The notes beneath the pieces were generated by a model, which saw nothing but the letters and a program-made list of their open reading frames with translations, did no database searches and was not told where the DNA came from. A program made the position numbers and the translations under genes. Shown in pieces: positions 55,519 through 64,000 of a stretch of DNA of 64,000 nt. The DNA lies in the NCBI GenBank assembly GCA_937906475.1, contig CALCZA010000113.1:12980-76979 (forward strand), read 5' to 3'. The stretch is from an uncultured bacterium (GTDB lineage: Bacteria; Planctomycetota; UBA1135; UBA2386). Each line of letters opens with the position of its first letter. Within the stretch, counting starts at the first letter, position 1.

Positions 55519-55594
55519 GCTAGCGTGGCTCAATTGGTAGAGCACCTGATTTGTAATCTGGAGGTTATGGGTTCAAGTCCCATCGCTAGCTCCA
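55519..55594 (+). tRNA. tRNA-Thr (anticodon UGU), CCA encoded
   Basis: Hand-folded cloverleaf: acceptor GCTAGCG/CGCTAGC, D arm GCTC-AATTGGTA-GAGC, anticodon loop TTTGTAA, T arm ATGGG-TTCAAGT-CCCAT, and 3' TCCA. There is one U-U mismatch in the anticodon stem. Confidence 0.9.
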
Positions 55595-55667
55595 GCCGAT
55601 ACAGGGCCGTCGTTGAGTTTCGTGCCTAGGGCAGACCGCCGGGGGAAGGAACGTTCAGACAACGCAC

Positions 55668-55752
55668 GGGCGAATACCAAAGCGGCCAACTGGGTCAGAC
55701 TGTAAATCTGATGGCTATGCCTTCGCAGGTTCGAATCCTGCTTCGCCCACCA
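55668..55752 (+). tRNA. tRNA-Tyr (anticodon GUA), long variable arm, CCA encoded
   Basis: Acceptor GGGCGAA/TTCGCCC, anticodon arm TCAGA-CTGTAAA-TCTGA, T arm GCAGG-TTCGAAT-CCTGC, and ACCA 3' end. Confidence 0.9.
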
Positions 55753-55859
55753 AACTCTCGCTGTCCATCGGGCCAGAGAGACTGTCTGCACGACTGATAA
55801 CTAGGGATTGCTCGCTGCGATGGCCGCTCGGCCAACAATGCGTGCAGTCGCCCGTCACT

Positions 55860-55934
55860 GCGGGTGTAGCTCAATGGTAGAGCACCAGCCTTCCAAGCTG
55901 GGTGTTGTGGGTTCGAGTCCCATCACCCGCTCCA
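55860..55934 (+). tRNA. tRNA-Gly (anticodon UCC), CCA encoded
   Basis: Acceptor GCGGGTG/CACCCGC, anticodon arm CCAGC-CTTCCAA-GCTGG, and T arm GTGGG-TTCGAGT-CCCAT. Confidence 0.9.
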
Positions 55935-55990
55935 GTTTTTGCTGGTGCTTGTTGTTGATCGCAAAGCAGTGATGGGTGCCAGGCCTATCT

Positions 55991-56036
55991 ATGCCATCGC
56001 CCGTCGATGCCATTGCCCGTCATGCCATCGCCCATC
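55991..56036. repeat. Three tandem ~15-bp direct repeats in the tRNA-Gly / tRNA-Thr spacer
   Basis: Read directly: atgccatcgcccgtcg / atgccattgcccgtc / atgccatcgcccatc. Confidence 0.85.
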
Positions 56037-56116
56037 TGGGGCGGCGCCTGCAGGGCTGGACCTTGCCGGGCTTGACCCGGCACCACTGTTCTTTCCTTCA
56101 TTTTCGATTTCTGTAA

Positions 56117-56191
56117 GCTGCTATAGCTCAGTGGTAGAGCACCTCCTTGGTAAGGAGGAGGTCCTGGGTTCGAGTCCCAGTAGCAGCTCCA
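56117..56191 (+). tRNA. tRNA-Thr (anticodon GGU), CCA encoded
   Basis: Acceptor GCTGCTA/TAGCAGC, anticodon arm CCTCC-TTGGTAA-GGAGG, and T arm CTGGG-TTCGAGT-CCCAG. Confidence 0.9.
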
Positions 56192-56269
56192 TCTCCCATT
56201 CAATCTTCGGCTGTTCGTTACAGTCTCAGAGCGAATACCCACAACTGACTCTCCCCCCGACCCAGACAT

Positions 56270-57472
<1,203 letters not shown>

Positions 57473-57654
57473 CGTCAGCTACCCGAGCCGTTCGCGGGAG
57501 ATCCGTTCGCGGAAAAGCGGGGCGCTGCCTTCATCGGTGGCAACCCAAAACGGGTCAGCGAGAGCTGGGCTGGTCTTCTTGAGACCGTTGTCCTAACCTC
57601 GTCGGCCCGACAAAGCTGCGGGGTGGGCCTTGGTCCGCCTCGTTCGCTAGGCAG

Positions 57655-57730
57655 AGGGCAATAGCACAATTGGTAGTGCAGTTGATTCCAAATCAACAGG
57701 TTCTGGGTTCGAGTCCTAGTTGCCCTGCCA
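57655..57730 (+). tRNA. tRNA-Trp (anticodon CCA), CCA encoded
   Basis: Acceptor AGGGCAA/TTGCCCT, anticodon arm GTTGA-TTCCAAA-TCAAC, and T arm CTGGG-TTCGAGT-CCTAG. Confidence 0.9.
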
Positions 57731-57948
57731 CTTCGAATACGGCGGCATTAGCCAGTGCATCGGTCATTATGACCCGTTCATTGGCGCGTGACGCATCTTT
57801 GGCCGTGGCACTTTGGTGTTGCGGCCATTAGGGTTTTTCGGCTGGTCCATTTTTCGGGCCGGCCGTGAGCAATTATTGAGTTTGGCTGACTGCAGCGCGG
57901 CGAAGTCCATCCGGACGGGTCCGACCACCAGCAAGGAATGTAGACCCA

Positions 57949-58386
57949 GTGAGCTATCGCAAGAACGACGGCCGTTACGCTCGGATGTTCGCCTTTTGGG
58001 CGTTGTTCCTATTGGTTGCCTTCGGCTGCTTCCATGGTGGGGGACTCTCCGACCTGGTCGCCGCTTGGATCGGGGACTCCGACCAAACGTACGTCGATCC
58101 GTTCCCAATCCTCGGAACCCTTAAGACCTCGACCTGCATTGCGCTCGGCGCTTGGTTGGTCATCGGCTTCTGCATCTCGCGTATCCTCAACCGTAAGCGC
58201 ATCGCGAACGCTCTGATTGATACCGAAGCAGAGATGAAGAAGGTCACTTGGCCGACGTGGACGGAGACGTGGCACGGCACGATCGCGGTTGCCGCGATGG
58301 TGGTGGTGATGTTCATCTATCTGTTCGTTGTCGACCTTGGCTTGGCCAAGGCGATGATGTTGCTGTTGGGCGGAGGCCAGGCCTGA
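57949..58386 (+). CDS. secE: Preprotein translocase subunit SecE (three-TM form)
   Basis: GTG start. The conserved C-terminal part is EMKKVTWPTWTETWHGTIAVAAMVVVMFIYLFVVD. It lies immediately upstream of nusG. Confidence 0.85.
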   Translation: MSYRKNDGRYARMFAFWALFLLVAFGCFHGGGLSDLVAAWIGDSDQTYVDPFPILGTLKTSTCIALGAWLVIGFCISRILNRKRIANALIDTEAEMKKVTWPTWTETWHGTIAVAAMVVVMFIYLFVVDLGLAKAMMLLLGGGQA

Positions 58387-58919
58387 TGGGTAAGCAGGAA
58401 TGGTATTTCCTTCGTGTGCAAGTCGGGCGTGAAGACACCATCCGCCAGAGCATGATCCGCCGCCTGAAGCAGGCTGGCATCGAGGCTCTCGTCCCACAGA
58501 TCGTCGTTCCCACGGAGACCATCGCCGATCATCGCGCCGGCAAGAAGATCGTCAAGCGCAAGAAACTCTACCCCGGCTACTTGATGGTCGAGATGGAGCT
58601 GAGCGATGACGTTTGGTTCATTCTGCGTGAGACCCCAGGCTTCGGCGACTTTGTCGGCGGCCAATCTCAGCCGACTCCGGCCAATCTGGATGACGTCGAG
58701 AAGGTCCTTGCCCACATGGACTCGAGCAAGGAGCAGCCGAAGGTTGCCGTGCGGTTCCAGAAGGGCGACCGGGTCAAGATCAAGACGGGCGCCTTTGAGA
58801 ACACCGATGCGGTGGTCGAAGAGGTCCATGCTGAAAAGGGCACGCTCGACGTCTCGGTCAACTTCTTCGGCCGTCCGACGCCGATGTCGCTCGGCTACTG
58901 GGAAGTCGAGTCGATCTAG
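58386..58919 (+). CDS. nusG: Transcription termination/antitermination factor NusG
   Basis: The ATG at 58386 overlaps the secE stop (TGATG). The NGN domain begins MGKQEWYFLRVQVGRED. The KOW motif is GDRVKIKTGAFENTDAVVEEV. Confidence 0.9.
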   Translation: MGKQEWYFLRVQVGREDTIRQSMIRRLKQAGIEALVPQIVVPTETIADHRAGKKIVKRKKLYPGYLMVEMELSDDVWFILRETPGFGDFVGGQSQPTPANLDDVEKVLAHMDSSKEQPKVAVRFQKGDRVKIKTGAFENTDAVVEEVHAEKGTLDVSVNFFGRPTPMSLGYWEVESI

Positions 58920-59056
58920 CCGGCCGGCTGGCGGAGTTGCGTCGACCTAGCCGATCGGCTTGCGAAGTTGACTCGATCAAGCCTGCTGGGGCCCGTAATC
59001 GCCGATCGCAACCTCGTTCGTGTGGCTGATTTCGACCGCGATACGATTTAGCCCTT

Positions 59057-59078
59057 CCGAGAGGTTGATTCCTCTCGG
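59057..59078 (+). terminator. Hairpin downstream of nusG / within the rplK leader
   Basis: 8-bp stem CCGAGAGG-TTGATT-CCTCTCGG with a weak T-containing tail. It could be a terminator/attenuator or a leader structure. Confidence 0.3.
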
Positions 59079-59263
59079 TGAGTCTGGTTACATCGTCGCC
59101 CCCGAATTGGGCTCAACTCCCAATTCACCCTCCCGCGAATCCGGTTGCCCGGTGAGCGGAACCCGGGACTCCCACCCCGGATCGTTTCGACGATGCTTCG
59201 TGGGTTCTCTTGCACAGCGGGAGGTCGTGGTAGTCACGGCCACTGGACCGCGGAGATAGAGTT

Positions 59264-59689
59264 ATGGCCAAAGAAGTAACCGCAACCGTAAAGCTGCAAT
59301 GCCCTGCTGGCGCTGCAACGCCGGCGCCACCAGTTGGCCCGGCATTGGGTCAGCACGGCATCAACATCGGGCAGTTCGTTAAGCAGTTTAACGACGAGAC
59401 CCGTGCGCAAGCCGGCTTGATCATCCCCGTCGTCATCTCGGTCTACAAGGACCGCAGCTTCTCGCTTGAGTTCAAGTCGCCACCGGCTTCGGTCCTTCTT
59501 AAGAAGGCCGCCAAGCTGGAGTCGGCCGCGAACAACCCAGGTAGTGAAGTGGCCGGCAAGGTCACTCGCGCCCAGGTCAAAGAGATCGCGGAGATCAAGA
59601 TCAAGGACCTCAACTCGATCGACGTCGAGGGCGCTATGCGCATGGTGGAGGGCACTGCTCGTGCCTGCGGTATCGACGTTGTTGACTAG
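59264..59689 (+). CDS. rplK: 50S ribosomal protein L11
   Basis: [43 protein letters not shown] is canonical L11. Confidence 0.95.
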   Translation: MAKEVTATVKLQCPAGAATPAPPVGPALGQHGINIGQFVKQFNDETRAQAGLIIPVVISVYKDRSFSLEFKSPPASVLLKKAAKLESAANNPGSEVAGKVTRAQVKEIAEIKIKDLNSIDVEGAMRMVEGTARACGIDVVD

Positions 59690-59791
59690 CCCAGCTAGCG
59701 ACGACCCGACTTCATAACATTCATGATGTCCTGACCGGCGGCTTCGGCCACGCGGGCACGGCATCCAGGCCAGAACAAACAGGATCAACTC

Positions 59792-60478
59792 ATGGCTCGC
59801 CATCGCAGCCGTCGCTATCAGGAAGGTGCCTCCAAGGTGGAGCGCAGCAAGCGCTACCCGGTCGAGGAGGGCATTACGCTGCTCAAGTCGATCACGGGCC
59901 CTAAGTTCGATGAATCGATCGAGTTGGTCGTGCGCATCGGCATTGACCCGAAGAAGACGGACCAATTGGTTCGCGGCTCGGTCAGCCTGCCGAACGGCAC
60001 TGGCAAGTCGATTAAGATCGCGGTCTTCGCTGACGGCGACAAGGCTCAAGAGGCTTTGGACGCTGGTGCCGACTACGTTGGTGCTGCCGACCTGGCCGAG
60101 AAGATCGAGAAGGGCTTTACCGACTTCGACATGACCATCGCGTCCCCGGACATGATGCGCTTCGTCGGCAAGCTCGGTAAGGTGCTTGGCCCGCAAGGCA
60201 AAATGCCTTCGCCGAAGGCTGGCACCGTGACGCCGAACGTCGCGCAAGCAGTCAAAGAGTTTAAGGCCGGCAAGATCGAGTTCCGGACCGATTCGGGTGC
60301 CAACGTGCACTGTGCGATCGGCAAGAAGTCGTTCGGCGCCGCCGAGCTCGCCCAGAACCTGACCGCCTTTGTTGACCACCTCCGCACCTTGCGCCCGTCG
60401 CAAGCCAAGGGTGAGTTCATCAAGAAGGTCGTTGTCTCCTCTTCCATGGGTCCGGGCCTAGCGCTCGCGGTCGAGTAA
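59792..60478 (+). CDS. rplA: 50S ribosomal protein L1
   Basis: 228 aa with [34 protein letters not shown] and [21 protein letters not shown]. Confidence 0.95.
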   Translation: MARHRSRRYQEGASKVERSKRYPVEEGITLLKSITGPKFDESIELVVRIGIDPKKTDQLVRGSVSLPNGTGKSIKIAVFADGDKAQEALDAGADYVGAADLAEKIEKGFTDFDMTIASPDMMRFVGKLGKVLGPQGKMPSPKAGTVTPNVAQAVKEFKAGKIEFRTDSGANVHCAIGKKSFGAAELAQNLTAFVDHLRTLRPSQAKGEFIKKVVVSSSMGPGLALAVE

Positions 60479-60489
60479 GGAGCTAACCA

Positions 60490-61011
60490 ATGCCGAACCT
60501 AGTCAATCAGATTCTCCTCAGCGAGCTGCAGTCAGACTTCCAGAACATGGGGTCCTGCGTCGTCGTGGACGTCGGCGCGGTCAATCCACAACAGGACATC
60601 GAGATCCGTGCCCAGTTGCGCGAAGTCGGTGTCCGCTACCGAGTCGTCCGTAGTCGTCTCGCCAAGAAGGCGTTCGGCGCGATCGGCCTCGATATGAGCG
60701 AGGCCCTCAAGGGCCGTTGCGGTATCGCAGTCGCTGAAGAGGAAGGTGCCATTGGCGCCGCCAAGGTCCTCCGCGACTGGATCAAGAAGAACAAGGACAG
60801 TCCGATCGCCATCAAGGGCGGCGTCATTGAAGGCATTGCCTTCGTTGGTGCAGCCGCTGCTGAGATCGCCGAACTGGCCGACCGAAACACGATCAATACC
60901 CAGATGGTTTGCGCCATCAGTGGTCCCGCTCGCGGGCTCGCGGGTGTCGTCAACGCCGTGGCAGGTGGTCTTGCCCGGTGCCTTCAAGCCAAGGTCGACA
61001 AGGGCGAATAG
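60490..61011 (+). CDS. rplJ: 50S ribosomal protein L10
   Basis: 173 aa with an L10-like layout, in the canonical position between rplA and rplL. Confidence 0.9.
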   Translation: MPNLVNQILLSELQSDFQNMGSCVVVDVGAVNPQQDIEIRAQLREVGVRYRVVRSRLAKKAFGAIGLDMSEALKGRCGIAVAEEEGAIGAAKVLRDWIKKNKDSPIAIKGGVIEGIAFVGAAAAEIAELADRNTINTQMVCAISGPARGLAGVVNAVAGGLARCLQAKVDKGE

Positions 61012-61127
61012 CTTCGCGATCGCAAGCTAAGAACCCGAGGTGAGAGTGTGCGTAGTCGCGCTTGAGCCAGTCGAACCCCATTTCTTTACCCACTCCTCCC
61101 TGCACTCTGACTTTCCAGAGGATTCCA

Positions 61128-61529
61128 ATGTCCGATACTGAAACCGTGACCCTCGAAGCTGATCTCGAGGAAATCTTCACTAAGATTGACGCGCTGAGCC
61201 TTGGCAAGGCCGCCCAACTGGTCAAGGCCATGGAAGACCGCTGGGGCGTTTCCGCCGCAGCACCGGTCGCCATGGCTGGCGGTGGTGGTGGTGGTGAAGC
61301 CGCTGCTGTTGAAGAGAAGACTGAGTTCAACGTCATTCTCAAGGAAACCGGCGCCCAAAAGATCAACGTGATCAAGGCTGTCCGCGAAATCACCGGCCTT
61401 GGCCTCAAGGAAGCCAAGGGCCTCGTCGACGAAGCTCCGAAGGCTGTCAAGGAAGGCACCACGAAGGACGACGCCGAAGAGGTCAAGAAGAAGCTCGAAG
61501 CAGCCGGCGCTACCGTCGAGCTTACTTAG
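61128..61529 (+). CDS. rplL: 50S ribosomal protein L7/L12
   Basis: The start at 61128 gives [41 protein letters not shown]. There is a Gly/Ala hinge, and the C-terminal domain is [27 protein letters not shown]. Confidence 0.95.
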   Translation: MSDTETVTLEADLEEIFTKIDALSLGKAAQLVKAMEDRWGVSAAAPVAMAGGGGGGEAAAVEEKTEFNVILKETGAQKINVIKAVREITGLGLKEAKGLVDEAPKAVKEGTTKDDAEEVKKKLEAAGATVELT

Positions 61530-62119
61530 TGCTTTTTGCGGAGTGGTCCATCGACCGTGCCTCCGACTCCCAAGTAATGGGATTCGGTCCACAGCACGGC
61601 TTGGCATGCGGTCGCCTCAGCGCCCCCAGCCCTGTTCGCACTTTTTGTTTGCGGCTGGGTGACCGGGGTGTCTACGCTTCCGTGAGCTGGATGGATCACT
61701 TTTTGCACGCGGATGCTTGTTAGTCGCTGGCCCGTTTCGCGTCTCGATCCCGCCTTCCCGTTCTGGGAAGCGTTGTCGAATCATGGTGCGCACGGTGTTG
61801 GTGATCTAATGGTTGAGAGTGCAATCGGGTTGGCCGTTTCGGTGGATGCAGATCAGGTGTTGGTTGGCTCCGTAGTGCCCGCAAACTCTCAAAGGGTTGC
61901 AGGTTCGACGAGGCGGCGAGACCTACTGGCTAGTGGCTTCGCCTCTAGCGAGTCTGGATTCAGCGATAAGGCTGCGTCTGTTGATGAGTATGTGCAGCCG
62001 GCCCCGCGAGGTTCGTCTTTGGTTGCTTCGTTCAGGTTACTTCAATCTAGTCCCAGGAATGGCTTCGCCATGACTTCGGGAGCAAAGGTCCCGTGCTTGG
62101 GGCCGTCAGGTGGAACCGC

Positions 62120-64000
62120 ATGGAGACTGTAGTCTACGGACGTTTCCGGTCTGTTGCCGAGATTCCCGACCTCGTCGAAATGCAGACGAAGTCGTACGAT
62201 CAATTCCTTCAGCCCGAGATTGCCCCAAACCAGCGCAAGACCGATGGTCTTGAGGCGTTGTTGAGTGAGGTCTTCCCGATCTACTCGTATGACAAGACGC
62301 TCTGCTTGGAGTATGTCAGCTACGAGCTCGGCCGCCCACGCTATACGGTAGAAGAATGCCGTAAGCTGCGGGTGACCTACGGCTACCCGTTCAAGATTCG
62401 GGTTCGCCTGGTCAAGCCGGAGCCGGTCGAGGAAGACATCTATCTCGGCGAGATTCCGATCATGATCGGCGGCGGCGAGTTCATCGTGAACGGCAGTGAG
62501 CGCGTCACGGTCAGCCAGCTGCACCGCTCCCCGGGCGTCGACTTCTCAGTCGAACTGCACACCGGTGAGAAGAAGCTGCACTCGTGCTGGATCATTCCAG
62601 AGCGGGGTAGCTGGATCGAGCTCAACGTCACCAAGAAGGACGCGGTCGCGATCCGCATCGACCAGTCGGGCAAGTTCTCGTGCACCACGCTATTGCGTGC
62701 GATGGACGCGAAGTACTCGGCCGATGCTGCGATCCTCCGCGAGTTCTACGAAGTGGAGAAGGTCGTTCGCAAGAAGACCGATCCCGAAGCGAAGTTCGCC
62801 AAGGCTCTGGTCGGCACCTACGCCGTCGGCGATATCGTCGATGCCGCGAGTGGCGACCCGTTCGTGCGCAGTGGTGAGGAAATCACCGAAGAAGCTGCCC
62901 GTGCGATCGCCGGTAGTGAGTTGCGTGAAATCGAGATCCTGCGCGATCCCGAGGACTTCCTGCTGCTCAACACGCTGCGCGAAGACACCACCAACAGCCA
63001 CGAAGAAGCGCTACTCAAGATCTACCAGCGCCTGCGTCCGGGTAACCCGCGGCAGCTGGAGAAGGCACGCGAGCTCTTCCACGAGAAGTTCTTCGACGAA
63101 ACCCGCTACCGCCTCGGTCGCGTTGGTCGCTTCCGTCTGAACCGTAAGTTCGACGTCGACCCGTCCAACAACCAGCAGACGCTGTCGGCAATCGACTTCG
63201 TCCGCGCGATCAAATACATCCTTGGCCTGCGCACAGGCGAAGGCGACACCGACGACATTGACCACCTCGGTAACCGCCGCGTGCGGACCATCCAAGAGCT
63301 GGCCGGTGACGAGTTCCGCAAGGGCTTCCTGAAGCTCCGCCGCACGGCGCAAGAGCGGATGAACCTCGAGAACGTCGATACGGTTACGCCGCGTAACCTG
63401 ATCAACTCGAAGACCTTCAGCTCGGCGATCGAATACTTCTTCGCTCGCGGTGAGTTGAGCCAGGTCGTTGACCAGACCAACCCGCTGTCGCAGTTGACGC
63501 ACGAACGTCGTCTGTCCGCGCTCGGCCCGGGCGGTCTTAATCGGAAGCGCGCTGGCTTCGAAGTTCGTGACGTTCACGTCTCGCACTACGGTCGCCTCTG
63601 CCCGATTGAAACGCCGGAAGGCACGAACATCGGTCTGATCTCCAGTCTCGCGATCTACTCGTCGCTCGACGATTACGGCTTCTTGACGACGCCTTATATC
63701 GTTTGCAAGAACGGCAAGGTCACCGACGAGGTTGTGCGTCTGCGCGCCGACCAGGAGAACAACTCGGTGTTGGCTCCGGCTGACACACCGACCGAGAAGA
63801 ACGGTAAGTTGATCGGTGACGATCAGGGCTACGTCATCGCCCGCGTCAAGGGCGACCCGTCGCTCGTGGCTGCCAAGAATGTCGAATACATGGATGTCTC
63901 CACCAAGCAGGTGGTTGGCGTCTCGGCCTCGCTGATTCCGTTCTTGGAGCACGACGATGCGAACCGCGCATTGATGGGCTCCAACATGCAGAGGCAGGCC
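62120..64000 (+). CDS. rpoB: DNA-directed RNA polymerase beta subunit (partial, continues right of the window)
   Basis: Absent from the ORF track because it runs off the right edge. The ATG at 62120 gives [31 protein letters not shown]...[29 protein letters not shown]. The frame stays open to 64000. Confidence 0.95.
   Translation, partial: METVVYGRFRSVAEIPDLVEMQTKSYDQFLQPEIAPNQRKTDGLEALLSEVFPIYSYDKTLCLEYVSYELGRPRYTVEECRKLRVTYGYPFKIRVRLVKPEPVEEDIYLGEIPIMIGGGEFIVNGSERVTVSQLHRSPGVDFSVELHTGEKKLHSCWIIPERGSWIELNVTKKDAVAIRIDQSGKFSCTTLLRAMDAKYSADAAILREFYEVEKVVRKKTDPEAKFAKALVGTYAVGDIVDAASGDPFVRSGEEITEEAARAIAGSELREIEILRDPEDFLLLNTLREDTTNSHEEALLKIYQRLRPGNPRQLEKARELFHEKFFDETRYRLGRVGRFRLNRKFDVDPSNNQQTLSAIDFVRAIKYILGLRTGEGDTDDIDHLGNRRVRTIQELAGDEFRKGFLKLRRTAQERMNLENVDTVTPRNLINSKTFSSAIEYFFARGELSQVVDQTNPLSQLTHERRLSALGPGGLNRKRAGFEVRDVHVSHYGRLCPIETPEGTNIGLISSLAIYSSLDDYGFLTTPYIVCKNGKVTDEVVRLRADQENNSVLAPADTPTEKNGKLIGDDQGYVIARVKGDPSLVAAKNVEYMDVSTKQVVGVSASLIPFLEHDDANRALMGSNMQRQA

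Noticed and set aside
57731-57948. rpmG (L33), which often precedes secE and would fall below the 60-aa ORF cutoff.
   Set aside because: My own translation of the three plus frames shows no L33-like CxxC...CxxC Lys-rich peptide. Only a 20-aa non-conserved ORF is present.
61713-62132. 139-aa ORF filling the rplL-rpoB spacer and overlapping the rpoB start.
   Set aside because: I recognised no domain. Its composition is atypical and GC3 is low relative to real genes here. It overlaps the well-supported rpoB ATG at 62120.

Overview
This is a strongly GC-rich chromosomal segment with high GC3, from a diderm bacterium. I saw no rRNA, CRISPR array, transposase, integrase or prophage signal. It holds roughly 60 genes, mostly core functions.

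Main blocks, left to right:
- A partial AsmA/TamB-like gene running off the left edge.
- A small lysine-tailed histone-fold protein.
- NAD-type formate dehydrogenase genes, fdsG-fdsB and fdsA-fdsD. They are split by an opposite-strand GT-C-like membrane protein carrying a C-terminal EF-hand pair.
- A small islet of DUF-type genes (12.3-14.9 kb), followed by about 660 bp with no credible ORF.
- A tightly coupled ftsH-cdaA-cdaR-glmM-tsaB-PepSY_TM-hydrolase operon.
- A minus-strand string: lipoprotein-kdsB-pyrG-DUF2752-GYF-TM protein-CPBP.
- pyc, hflX, nadB, secDF, rplS, trmD and ribE.
- An Mla-type ABC lipid-transport operon headed by an unusual lipoprotein with about 20 LWPFF-type repeats.
- trpS, an HU-like gene, a Cys/Met PLP enzyme and an Smr-less mutS2.
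- The classic block tRNA(Thr-Tyr-Gly-Thr)-tuf-tRNA(Trp)-secE-nusG-rplK-rplA-rplJ-rplL-rpoB (rpoB partial).

Many long ORFs in the supplied track are antisense or shadow ORFs caused by GC richness. Several true starts lie downstream of the listed ORF starts. A PVC/Planctomycetota-like lineage is suggested by the fused SecDF, the long-loop FtsH and the divergent EF-Tu, but this is inference only. All family assignments are by eye from motifs, with no database search.
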